A stretch of 40,916 bases of DNA from a virus (taxonomy: Duplodnaviria > Caudoviricetes), in IMG/VR virus record IMGVR_UViG_3300033150_003027, positions 1 to 40,916 of that record, one strand, 5' to 3'. Both the position numbers and the translations under genes were made by a program. Every line of letters begins with the position of its first letter. Positions within the stretch are counted from its first letter, which is position 1. Below are positions 9,457-17,752 of the stretch, piece by piece. Under the pieces are notes generated by a model, which was given only the letters and a program-made list of their open reading frames with translations, made no database searches and was not told the DNA's origin.

Positions 9457-9936
9457 GTGAAATTTTTTACCGAGCATCAACTTCGGGCAGTTCTTCATGG
9501 TAATCCCAATGAACTTGCTAAACGCTTAAAAAAATGGCTTAAAAAACCCTCAACTCAACCCGAGATAGAATTCTGGTTTCGGAATTACTTTTCTAAAGGT
9601 AAGGAGTTGCCCAGAAAGAAAGAACGATGGGAAATCGAATCTCAAGTATACATTCCATTAATACAAGAAGCATTGGCCCTTGAAAAACAAGGTAAGAAAG
9701 AACAAGCCCTCGCCATTTATCTTCGTATACTTGCCGTTTTCGAACCCAGAGGAACAGCGTATTATGAACGACCTGCCATTATTCTTGAAAAAGCCGGACT
9801 GATTGATGAAGCCATCGAAATATGCAGGAAAGCCTTAAATAATCCCTATCTGCATCGATCTCGCAGCGACTTCGAGAAAAGACTGCAGCGCCTTGAGAAA
9901 AAGCTTGCTAAGATCCGAACAAGTGAAAAGGGTTAA
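9457..9936 (+). CDS. Antisense moron, 159-aa TPR-like protein with MuF-like N-terminal segment
   Basis: GAGGTG SD 6 nt before GTG 9457; fills the gap between tape measure and chaperone genes; ALALEKQGKKEQALAIY and YYERPAIILEKAGLIDEAIEICRKAL are TPR-like. Confidence 0.8.
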   Translation: MKFFTEHQLRAVLHGNPNELAKRLKKWLKKPSTQPEIEFWFRNYFSKGKELPRKKERWEIESQVYIPLIQEALALEKQGKKEQALAIYLRILAVFEPRGTAYYERPAIILEKAGLIDEAIEICRKALNNPYLHRSRSDFEKRLQRLEKKLAKIRTSEKG

Positions 9937-10118
9937 AGGATATCAGTCTTGGTCGTTGTCTGCTCCTCAACCCTTTGCTTGACTTCCATCACCCACACAG
10001 CCGCCGCCTCGTCAACCCAAAAAGCCTGAAGCCCCGTCAAACCGCTCAAATATGCTGACGGGGCTTTGCCCCAAGCAACCGACACGGAAACTAAACGCTC
10101 AAACCCCTCACTCTCCAC
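9933..10118 (-). CDS. Tail assembly chaperone C-terminal extension (gpT-like), probably reached by frameshift
   Basis: Overlaps the 3' end of the chaperone in the +1 frame; PSAYL..L.GLQAFWVDEAA pattern; no clear SD. Confidence 0.7.
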   Translation of the reverse strand: MESEGFERLVSVSVAWGKAPSAYLSGLTGLQAFWVDEAAAVWVMEVKQRVEEQTTTKTDIL

Positions 10119-10533
10119 GAAAGGAGCGCAAGGCTACCACGTCCCCGACTGCATAGTTGAAAATAGCCATCTTCTGGGACAAGGTCAGAGGCTGAATAGA
10201 AGCAATTTCATCCCAGGTAGGCTCGACAAGCGCTTCTTTAACAACAGCATCGATTATCGGTAGTATAGAATCCATAGTGCGCTCTTTGACTTTGTCAACC
10301 TCAGCCTCAAGTTCTTGCTCAATTTCTGGGAGGGACTTGCCCTCTTTCGCCTTCTTGACAGCAGCATCAAGTAAGGGGTTGCCAATCCCCACTCGGAGCA
10401 GGTGAGGCGTAAGCTCCACGGATCTGACGGCCACATTGATAACGGCCCCTGGTTTGAAGCCAGGAATCTCAATTACTTCCGGCTCTACCTGAGCACGGAT
10501 TTCGTCAAGAGAAGTAACTCGTTTCTTGGCCAT
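10108..10533 (-). CDS. Tail assembly chaperone (gpG-like)
   Basis: Between major tail and tape measure genes; ALVEPT, LT..QKMAIFNY, ends LRSFRGE. Confidence 0.82.
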   Translation of the reverse strand: MAKKRVTSLDEIRAQVEPEVIEIPGFKPGAVINVAVRSVELTPHLLRVGIGNPLLDAAVKKAKEGKSLPEIEQELEAEVDKVKERTMDSILPIIDAVVKEALVEPTWDEIASIQPLTLSQKMAIFNYAVGDVVALRSFRGE

Positions 10534-10543
10534 GACTTACCTC

Positions 10544-11152
10544 CTAACTCAATTCAGCCGGCAAAGCATCTACAATTTCTTTCTTGTAGAGCCCAGTAGT
10601 TAGGCTGGGATTCTGCAATACTTCGATGTTCATTTCAGGCACAACCCAGTTCTGATCCTGCAGGGTTTCGTTCCCAAAAGTAGCCCTGCAGTAATGAAAA
10701 GTGTACTTAATATATCCCTCTACCTCACCCCGGGATCCATGCGATGTTGCATAAACCTCGGCTTTAAAATATGGAGGATCCTGCTGAGCCTCTATACTTG
10801 GAGCCTCCCAACCTACTATCCGTTCCTCGGTGTCCTCTTGTACAGTAATAAGTTCTCCACCAGCCAATTCCTTGATGGCTGCGGCATCAAACCGGGCATC
10901 TTGTAGTGTAAGGTTAATAGCTACAATGGTGTCGGGGTCCTTGACGTAAGCAAGAACCTTATCTCCGCCTCGCAGGACCGCAGCATTTCCACCCTCAGAA
11001 ACAACAGATACCGCTACCTGTTGAGCGGTTTTAATCGCATACGGGGTTGCTGGGGGGTCTTGTTCGGTGCCATCTGCTTGTATCCCTGTTATGACTAAAC
11101 CCCGCACCCCACGGATATAACCCTTCTTAATTTGTGGCAAGGGAGTAGACAT
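10544..11152 (-). CDS. Major tail tube protein
   Basis: 202 aa beta-rich protein, strong SD AAGGAGG, canonical position. Confidence 0.8.
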   Translation of the reverse strand: MSTPLPQIKKGYIRGVRGLVITGIQADGTEQDPPATPYAIKTAQQVAVSVVSEGGNAAVLRGGDKVLAYVKDPDTIVAINLTLQDARFDAAAIKELAGGELITVQEDTEERIVGWEAPSIEAQQDPPYFKAEVYATSHGSRGEVEGYIKYTFHYCRATFGNETLQDQNWVVPEMNIEVLQNPSLTTGLYKKEIVDALPAELS

Positions 11153-11169
11153 GCTTGCTCATTCCTCCT

Positions 11170-11199
11170 TCTATTGGTCTTACATCTATTGGTCTTACA
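11170..11199. repeat. Perfect 15-bp tandem duplication
   Basis: TCTATTGGTCTTACA at 11170-11184 and 11185-11199. Confidence 0.95.
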
Positions 11200-11587
11200 C
11201 CGGTTCAAACAATAAAGCCGCCTCGAACATCACAAGACGGCCGATAAGTTTCTTTTCCTCATCAACGAAGTCGCCGCCACCCGGGACCCACTCCAGAAAA
11301 TAATGTTCACCGTCGTCCTGGTCGACGATTTCTTGGCCATTCAAGGCCTCGATCACTGCCCTCTCTAAAAGTTCCAGCCCCACAAAAGAACTCTGGTCAT
11401 TGTAGATCCGGACCTCGATTGGCTGTGTCCCGGCATAGGAAATCATCGGGCTTCCTCGGCCAGTAGGAGTTTTAACCGTCGCATACGGCGGTTGAACATT
11501 ATGCGGTGCGAGAAAACCTTGATAAACCTGCCCGCCGAAAGAAGGAACATTGGCCTTGAGATGTTGAATGACTGCGCGGCGCAGCAT
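11195..11587 (-). CDS. Tail terminator/completion protein
   Basis: 130 aa, VY...AP...PYA motif, directly upstream of major tail gene. Confidence 0.7.
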   Translation of the reverse strand: MLRRAVIQHLKANVPSFGGQVYQGFLAPHNVQPPYATVKTPTGRGSPMISYAGTQPIEVRIYNDQSSFVGLELLERAVIEALNGQEIVDQDDGEHYFLEWVPGGGDFVDEEKKLIGRLVMFEAALLFEPV

Positions 11588-11590
11588 GGG

Positions 11591-11929
11591 CTATTCCTCC
11601 TTCCAAAGCCGCTCGTAGGTCCGGTAAATCTCGGGAGCTGCGGCGTCCAAAGTAGGTTTGAGGATCGCGTGTTTACCGTCGTTTGCAAGTTCGAGAAAAA
11701 CGCCATAATCCACGCTGTGGGCTAATGCGATTTTGACTTCATTCGCACCAACAGCAACTTCGCCTTTCAACCCATTCCGGGCATTGCCGGTTCGGTCTTT
11801 CCAAGGCGCGTTCTGTTTCGCCCGGCCTTCCAGTTTCCCCGCCCAATCCTTCGCCAGAGCAATAACCGCTGCCCGGCGCCGATAAGCCCAGTTTTCTAGG
11901 TTTCTTATGACTTCATCAGCGCCAGGCAT
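11591..11929 (-). CDS. HK97 gp10-like neck/tail completion protein
   Basis: AKQNAPWKDRTGNAR, VDYGVFLE motifs. Confidence 0.85.
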   Translation of the reverse strand: MPGADEVIRNLENWAYRRRAAVIALAKDWAGKLEGRAKQNAPWKDRTGNARNGLKGEVAVGANEVKIALAHSVDYGVFLELANDGKHAILKPTLDAAAPEIYRTYERLWKEE

Positions 11930-11930
11930 A

Positions 11931-12317
11931 TCAACTCACCTCTTCAAGCACTGCATGTATCTTAGTAATTTGCCCCTGGTACTTGCGAATAACAACCCTG
12001 GAGACCCGGAAACTTTGGCCGTCAACCGTAAACATATCAACTACATCACTTCCAGCCCTCAAATCTGCGTCCCAGGGTGCAATCAAGGTCCAGGCGGATG
12101 TTTGAATACCTCCCGCTTCATTGCGAGAAATCCTGACCTGACTCAAGCGCGAAGGAACCAAGCGACCGGTGAACGGAGGTAAATCGCTTTCTTGTTTCAC
12201 ACGTCCACCGGCACCGTCATCTACGTATTCAATTCGGTGAATCGTGATCTCTACAGGGTTCTCTGCTATGAGCCTGGATGTTGCTTCGCGTAGAGCCAAA
12301 AGAATCTTTGCTGTCAT
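11931..12317 (-). CDS. Head closure / head-tail joining protein
   Basis: DDGAGG, DLRAG..D.FTVDG..FRV pattern; position in neck cluster. Confidence 0.7.
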   Translation of the reverse strand: MTAKILLALREATSRLIAENPVEITIHRIEYVDDGAGGRVKQESDLPPFTGRLVPSRLSQVRISRNEAGGIQTSAWTLIAPWDADLRAGSDVVDMFTVDGQSFRVSRVVIRKYQGQITKIHAVLEEVS

Positions 12318-12676
12318 CTAGGTTCACCTTCATAAACAACCGGCGGATCGAATGCCAAGAGTCTCGACCGCTTCCCGGACCTCTTCGCATACATCTCAGC
12401 CATAGCTAAACAGTGGTCACGGTATGCTTCAATACTCACAAACCTGTGCCGCTCGTCGCCGGCCTGGCTCTCCTCAAGCCCTCCCCGCTCTGACATTGCT
12501 CTAGCAGCCTTCCGGGTCCATCCCTCCGAGGCGGCAGCGTTTATATCAGCCGCCTCGGTCAGGATTTCGTCAATCTCGTCATCGGAAAACCGAGTATCCC
12601 CGTCGGTACCTCCTTCGGGAATATTCTCGTCAATCAACCGGCGTAGCTTTGTTCGCAGCTCATCAATCGGAGTCAT
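12314..12676 (-). CDS. Head-tail adaptor/connector protein
   Basis: LRRLIDE...FSDDEIDEIL...AASEGW..KA; follows major capsid gene. Confidence 0.72.
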   Translation of the reverse strand: MTPIDELRTKLRRLIDENIPEGGTDGDTRFSDDEIDEILTEAADINAAASEGWTRKAARAMSERGGLEESQAGDERHRFVSIEAYRDHCLAMAEMYAKRSGKRSRLLAFDPPVVYEGEPR

Positions 12677-12689
12677 AAAACCTCACCCC

Positions 12690-13736
12690 TTATTCGGGGA
12701 GAGTGAGTTCCTCAACGCTGTTCGCCGGCGAGGCAACTACGCCGCGACGTGCTCTAGCCACAATCTGTTGCTCGATTAGCCTGCTGAGGTCTGCACCAGT
12801 GGCGTCAACTCTTAGGTCATGCTTAACCAGTTCACGGAAATATTTCTGAGGTTCAATGAGGTACCCTTTGTTTGTAGCACAGCCGGAATACTCATAAGTC
12901 TTTTCACCGACTGTCACAGACCAGCCATCGTAGAAGATAAGCGTATCAATCTGCGAAATAGCCGGGTAGATGGTTCCACCGATCTGCATTCTCTGCAGAC
13001 ACTCCTCAATCTCCCACCGGCGCGAAGAATGAGCCAGTAGGACTGAGGGCCGCCGCGGCGCACCGGTGTCGGTGTTCTTGTCCTGGGCTGCATGCTTAAG
13101 CCCAGCCTTGATAGTGTTCCTGAGTTTCTCCAACAGGGTGCCTCCAGTTGTATCCGCCGGTGTCTTATTTTTCGAAGGATAGCTGTACGACAAAATCGGA
13201 TACAGGTGGATGTGGTTCAGAAGCGCGTTGTACGCTTCACCGAGAGCCCTGTCGAGTTCAGCACGCTCCCAGGTCTTGTTGTACACTACCATATCCTCGG
13301 TCCATTCAAAACCGGCAGTGTAAGTCACAATGGGCACTGTAGTCTTGGTCCCGATCTTGTACGTACCGAACTTGATTTCTTCCAACTCCATGTGTTCGAG
13401 GAACACGACCCGGGCACCAACAAAGGGCGCAACGTCCACATACTCGGTAAAGTTCGGGTCCTCGATCCGACGGTAGATAGGACCGTACAAAAGAGGCACA
13501 GCCTCGCGACCAAGTTCCAGGTTGATTACGCTATTCTGAACAACTTGGTCAAGATTTTCCGGTGTGGTAATCATCTCGCCGAGAGGGCGAGTGAGTTCAA
13601 AAACCTCCATCTCACCGTTAACGATGCGCTTCTTGACCGTCTTCATCTCGCCTTTAGGAGAGATGTAAGGGATATCCTGTTCGATGGTCTGCTCGCGGCG
13701 CTCTTCCTTCAGGGTTTCAATGCTGATGATTTTCAA
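12690..13736 (-). CDS. Major capsid protein
   Basis: 348 aa after protease and decoration genes; strong SD GGAGGTG. Confidence 0.85.
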   Translation of the reverse strand: MKIISIETLKEERREQTIEQDIPYISPKGEMKTVKKRIVNGEMEVFELTRPLGEMITTPENLDQVVQNSVINLELGREAVPLLYGPIYRRIEDPNFTEYVDVAPFVGARVVFLEHMELEEIKFGTYKIGTKTTVPIVTYTAGFEWTEDMVVYNKTWERAELDRALGEAYNALLNHIHLYPILSYSYPSKNKTPADTTGGTLLEKLRNTIKAGLKHAAQDKNTDTGAPRRPSVLLAHSSRRWEIEECLQRMQIGGTIYPAISQIDTLIFYDGWSVTVGEKTYEYSGCATNKGYLIEPQKYFRELVKHDLRVDATGADLSRLIEQQIVARARRGVVASPANSVEELTLPE

Positions 13737-13752
13737 CTTATTTCACCTCCGT

Positions 13753-14109
13753 TTAGACTTGCGGCCCCAGTTTGAACCAAGTGACGCCGTTCGCGTCCTT
13801 AGCTTGGGTCACGCGGCCTACTTTGCGATTTACTCCGCTGCCGTCAGAGGTAGTTAAAAACTTATTTATGTCATCCCAGTAGACCAGATCGCCTTTGTTA
13901 AATGCATCGGATGCATTGATTTGACTAGTCTCATATTCGGCTTCTTCGATATTCAAAACTACTTCCGCAGTTTCCCCGGCGCCAGTAGTTACACCCCGGA
14001 CCGCCATACCGAAAAAGCCATCCAAAAGATAAAACTTGCCCGCTTCAATCGTGGTGCTCTCCGGCACCGTAACTTTTACCGACTTTCCATCAGAGATTTT
14101 GCGTCCCAT
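13753..14109 (-). CDS. Capsid cement/decoration protein (DUF2190-like)
   Basis: GDLVYWD, NRKVGRV..AKDANG..WFKL; between protease and capsid genes. Confidence 0.8.
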   Translation of the reverse strand: MGRKISDGKSVKVTVPESTTIEAGKFYLLDGFFGMAVRGVTTGAGETAEVVLNIEEAEYETSQINASDAFNKGDLVYWDDINKFLTTSDGSGVNRKVGRVTQAKDANGVTWFKLGPQV

Positions 14110-14131
14110 TTATTCCACCTCCGATTTGCTG

Positions 14132-15595
14132 TTAAATAGCCACACGTCTTACACGCAGGCCGCTATTCTGGTTGCCTTTGTCGTTGTTCTTTGGAGCAAT
14201 GAGAGTATCCTTGAAAACTGCAGAGAGGGCCTTCTTGACGTCTTCTTGTTCCAACATTTCGCCGACAGATTTCTTGATATCTTCTTCCTTGGCGCCGACA
14301 TCAACCTTAAGCATTCTCTTTACCAGAGGCCTGGCGGCCTCGGCTACGACCATCTCACCGATGACCTTATCCACCAACTTCTCGTGTTCAGCTATGGCCA
14401 ACTTGGTCTGAGCCTCATGGGCAGCCTTTACCGCATTTAAAACATCCTCAGGTTTGGTATCCTTTAAGCCAAACAACTCGGCAATCTCGCCCACAATCTT
14501 TGCGGAAGCCTGGAGACCGGCCCAGGTCTCTCCACCGACTTCCTTGGCCACATCCTCGAAAGACCAACCCATTTCACCAACTACTTGTTTGGGACTTATA
14601 CCCAATTCTTTGAGCTTTGCCAGAAGTTCCCTGAGAGGTATTCTGTTTTCCGCACCTCCATCGCCCGTTTCGGGCTTGTAATAATAATTGTCAATTATGT
14701 CCATCTCGCCCATAGCAACTATCCGGGTGGGCATTCCCGCCCTATCCAGCGGCGTCCAGTCGATGCTAAGCAACTGGTAGTCCACGACCTGCGTCTCGCC
14801 GCCGGCCTGGGTAACCGTAGGTATCCCGAAGATGGAAACCTGCTTTACCCTTCCTGCCCTGATCCACCGTTTAAGATCCTTTGCGGCGGCATCCACAACA
14901 CCGCGAATGTATGCTTTGCCGTTGCGCCAAAGGGCTCCAACCCAGTGGGTTACAGGAATAGGAAACTGGTGGTCCACGTCTTCTGGTTTTTGATGGCCGA
15001 GAAAGCCGTTGGCTGTTTTGGTCATGATCTCAGAGACAATCTTCTGGATCGCTTGAGGCGTATAATTCCAGCCTCGACGGGACTTGCCGGCGGGAATCTC
15101 TACTACAACCTCAAGAGGATCATCATCTCCGGCTTTTAGCGCAGCCAGGTCCACACCCGGGGCCAGCGGCACGTCATCAACACGAATTTCACCGGTAACA
15201 CAAGCCTGAAGTCGTACAAACTCACCTTCAGGCCAAGGCAGTTCGAGCTCGCGGTAATGCCGGCGCAGGTGTGCCTCCGCCTCACGCCGCTGTTCAGGCG
15301 TAAGGTTTGGTTCTGCTCGGGCTCCGCGCAGCGCCGCTACCGCAGCCATTACACCACCACGATTCAACACTACACTGCCATCCTGCCGAATCTCATGATG
15401 AGGCCCCCAGCAACCAGCTTGAGTCAGGTCCTTGTTGATGTCAGCCTTGACAACGGCATACATCTCACGAATGGCCTCACGGACGCCCTCGGCGCCCTCT
15501 TCAAGACCCTTCTTAAGGCGCTGCCAAATAGCCGATTTATCAACATCGCCCCACGACCGGCCGCTTACCACACCCTTCTTGATGCGAAATAACAT
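14132..15595 (-). CDS. Prohead protease-scaffold fusion with an extra N-terminal helical domain
   Basis: GKSRRGWNY, GFLGHQ, QVSIFG, SIDWTP protease-like motifs; helical charged C-terminal half with repeated GE(M/I). Confidence 0.78.
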   Translation of the reverse strand: MLFRIKKGVVSGRSWGDVDKSAIWQRLKKGLEEGAEGVREAIREMYAVVKADINKDLTQAGCWGPHHEIRQDGSVVLNRGGVMAAVAALRGARAEPNLTPEQRREAEAHLRRHYRELELPWPEGEFVRLQACVTGEIRVDDVPLAPGVDLAALKAGDDDPLEVVVEIPAGKSRRGWNYTPQAIQKIVSEIMTKTANGFLGHQKPEDVDHQFPIPVTHWVGALWRNGKAYIRGVVDAAAKDLKRWIRAGRVKQVSIFGIPTVTQAGGETQVVDYQLLSIDWTPLDRAGMPTRIVAMGEMDIIDNYYYKPETGDGGAENRIPLRELLAKLKELGISPKQVVGEMGWSFEDVAKEVGGETWAGLQASAKIVGEIAELFGLKDTKPEDVLNAVKAAHEAQTKLAIAEHEKLVDKVIGEMVVAEAARPLVKRMLKVDVGAKEEDIKKSVGEMLEQEDVKKALSAVFKDTLIAPKNNDKGNQNSGLRVRRVAI

Positions 15596-15615
15596 ATTCT
15601 CTCACCTACCTTTAT

Positions 15616-15650
15616 GAAACAGAAAACCGCCTAACGGCGGTTCGGTTTCT
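15616..15650 (-). terminator. Putative intrinsic terminator upstream of the protease gene
   Basis: AACCGCC-TAAC-GGCGGTT hairpin followed on the - strand by TTCTGTTTC. Confidence 0.65.
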
Positions 15651-15807
15651 GAGTTAAGACTGTAGGTCCTGGAGGAGCCTGTTGTTTGGTTTGTACGATT
15701 CCCTGAGAGTTAAGATTCACAGGTCCTTTAGATGAGAATTTCCCATCAAGGCCTTTCTGAACAAACGTCTTCGATTGAGGATTCAAATATAGAACGCTTC
15801 CACTCAC
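15631..15807 (-). CDS. Small hypothetical protein (58 aa)
   Basis: Strong SD AAGGAGGG before GTG 15807, but overlaps the upstream ORF by about 60 nt. Confidence 0.4.
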   Translation of the reverse strand: MSGSVLYLNPQSKTFVQKGLDGKFSSKGPVNLNSQGIVQTKQQAPPGPTVLTQKPNRR

Positions 15808-16048
15808 GATATCCCTCCTTCTCACCCAGAATAGTCAATGAAAGTCGAACTTCTGGAGGCCTGCCGTCGCGTTCCAATACCAGGCACCGGTCGACGCGGA
15901 TTTCCACGGGCAGGATCTCCAGCGCCTGCCGTATAGCGCCGACATAATTTCCTCTTCCTAAATGCAGAGGCGCCGGCTTCTTGCTTTCAACCAGCGCCTC
16001 GGGCGGTTCCATGCCTTTCGGCCATTTATTTTGTATCACGCGGTTCAA
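15746..16048 (-). CDS. Hypothetical protein (~100 aa)
   Basis: TTG 16048 preceded by AGGGGG; coupled to the upstream small gene. Confidence 0.55.
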   Translation of the reverse strand: MNRVIQNKWPKGMEPPEALVESKKPAPLHLGRGNYVGAIRQALEILPVEIRVDRCLVLERDGRPPEVRLSLTILGEKEGYREWKRSIFESSIEDVCSERP

Positions 16049-16241
16049 ATCGAATCCCCCTATCACCTGGATAAGATCGGGTATGATCATGTTCACCGGA
16101 TAAAATAGCTGTAGGTATACCATCAGGAAAAGCATTGCATATAGGCTTCCCGCGCCTTAGCATATGCCACAAATGCCGGCACTTTACGCATTGCTTTCCA
16201 TATATAGGCTTATCGTGCCCACGGTCAATTGTGAACTCCAC
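16026..16241 (-). CDS. Small Cys/His-rich protein downstream of MuF (candidate immunity/partner), 71 aa
   Basis: CVKCRH...[17 protein letters not shown]...[10 protein letters not shown]; GTG start 3 nt after the MuF stop with SD GAGGT. Confidence 0.75.
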   Translation of the reverse strand: MEFTIDRGHDKPIYGKQCVKCRHLWHMLRRGKPICNAFPDGIPTAILSGEHDHTRSYPGDRGIRFEPRDTK

Positions 16242-16243
16242 TA

Positions 16244-17749
16244 TTACCTCTTGCTCCTTTTGTAAATGAATCCAACTTTCTTGGACACACGCGACCACAC
16301 TATATGCCAATGCATGAAATCGGCTTCTTCGGGTGTCAATTTACCCGCCAAAATTTCATCCAATAATTCCTGGTAAACCTCGTTGTGGACTTGCTGCGCC
16401 ACTTCAGCAGTATTCTTAATATCTGGCCATTGTTTAATTTTTTGGGCAGAATACATGAACCTGTTGCCTACTGCTCTTACCTCGGCTAAGTCGGAATGAA
16501 TCGCGAGTTTAATGTCTGACCACGAAAATGATGCACTACTGGGATGATTATGAGTAAGTATTTTATCACGAAAAAGTTTAAGTTCTTCTGCTGTAAATGT
16601 TACCGAACTCTCACCGCCCTCTTTTTCCAGTATAATCTTCCCCGTCTTGTCAAGCAAATACGCTTTTTCTGTAGCTCTATTCGCAATTTCATCTTCCTTT
16701 GCCTTAAGCACAGCGTAGAGTGAATCTGTTATGGATGGAATACTATAAGTACTCCTACCAGGCCTTTCAAGTATACTCTTGGCCGTCTCCGTATACCATA
16801 CCTCAATATCTGGCTGGCTCTGAGGATCCCGAACCCACTGCTTAAGCCGTTCTGCAAACCTGTCCGGATCCTCATGAGCCGGAATTACAAAACACCTACA
16901 CTGCGGATGAGGCCGTGGAGGTTCGTGCCCCTCAGGGTAAAAGCCACGTTCCCCAAATGTCATTGCATTCGCCAGGTCGTCGCATGTATCGGGAATTGGA
17001 TGCGATTTCGACAGCCTCCAATAGACTCCCCGATAACTTGGAGCAGCACGGTTGGCCATGATGCTGGCTTCGTGGAACGCGTTGTTCATTTCAGTTCGAG
17101 CCAGGCGCATGGCTTCGTAGGATACATCTTTAGGCACTCCAAGACGCCTGCGAGTCTCAAATTTGTGGGGTGTCCAAACTCCGGGTTGGAGGTATTTCTG
17201 GACCTCTCGAGCTATTTTACGAGAATCCAAGCCTCGAGCAACACCATCTTCGACAATTCGCGTAATAGCATTCCGCCAATGTTCTCCAACACGCCATACT
17301 CGACCCGAAAGTTTCAGCCCGTCCTTGCCTGCCCGGGCAAGGACCAACATGATTGCACGTTCGTTGATGGGAGCAAATAACCTCGCGATTTCGACTTCAG
17401 ACCATGCTTCTTTAAGCAATCTGGCCGATATGTTCTGAGCCGCACTGGTCCCGGTTTCAATGGCCAAATAGATGCCTTTCTGTGTTGCGGTAAGAACCTC
17501 TGCGTTCAACTCACGCGCTCTACGTTCGAGGTTTGCAGTAAGAGCCTCAAGATGAGAACGCCTGAGGGTGCCTGGAATCAACCCTTCAATGTCTTTCCGA
17601 ACCCATTCTGCCGCTCTGCGATATACCTTTCGGAGTTCTTCTACTGTGGTGGCCTGTCCTTTTTCAAATCGCAACCGCGCTTGCAAAATGTAGTCAGCGT
17701 AGTCTTCTGACCCGGAGAGCCGGGCAAGTTCGTCTTTTCGGATAGCCAT
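16244..17749 (-). CDS. MuF/SPP1 gp7-like minor head protein with C-terminal JAB/MPN-like domain
   Basis: RLARTE, CDDLA, PHPQCRC MuF motifs; C-terminal E...[14 protein letters not shown]; follows portal. Confidence 0.88.
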   Translation of the reverse strand: MAIRKDELARLSGSEDYADYILQARLRFEKGQATTVEELRKVYRRAAEWVRKDIEGLIPGTLRRSHLEALTANLERRARELNAEVLTATQKGIYLAIETGTSAAQNISARLLKEAWSEVEIARLFAPINERAIMLVLARAGKDGLKLSGRVWRVGEHWRNAITRIVEDGVARGLDSRKIAREVQKYLQPGVWTPHKFETRRRLGVPKDVSYEAMRLARTEMNNAFHEASIMANRAAPSYRGVYWRLSKSHPIPDTCDDLANAMTFGERGFYPEGHEPPRPHPQCRCFVIPAHEDPDRFAERLKQWVRDPQSQPDIEVWYTETAKSILERPGRSTYSIPSITDSLYAVLKAKEDEIANRATEKAYLLDKTGKIILEKEGGESSVTFTAEELKLFRDKILTHNHPSSASFSWSDIKLAIHSDLAEVRAVGNRFMYSAQKIKQWPDIKNTAEVAQQVHNEVYQELLDEILAGKLTPEEADFMHWHIVWSRVSKKVGFIYKRSKR

Positions 17750-17752
17750 AGG

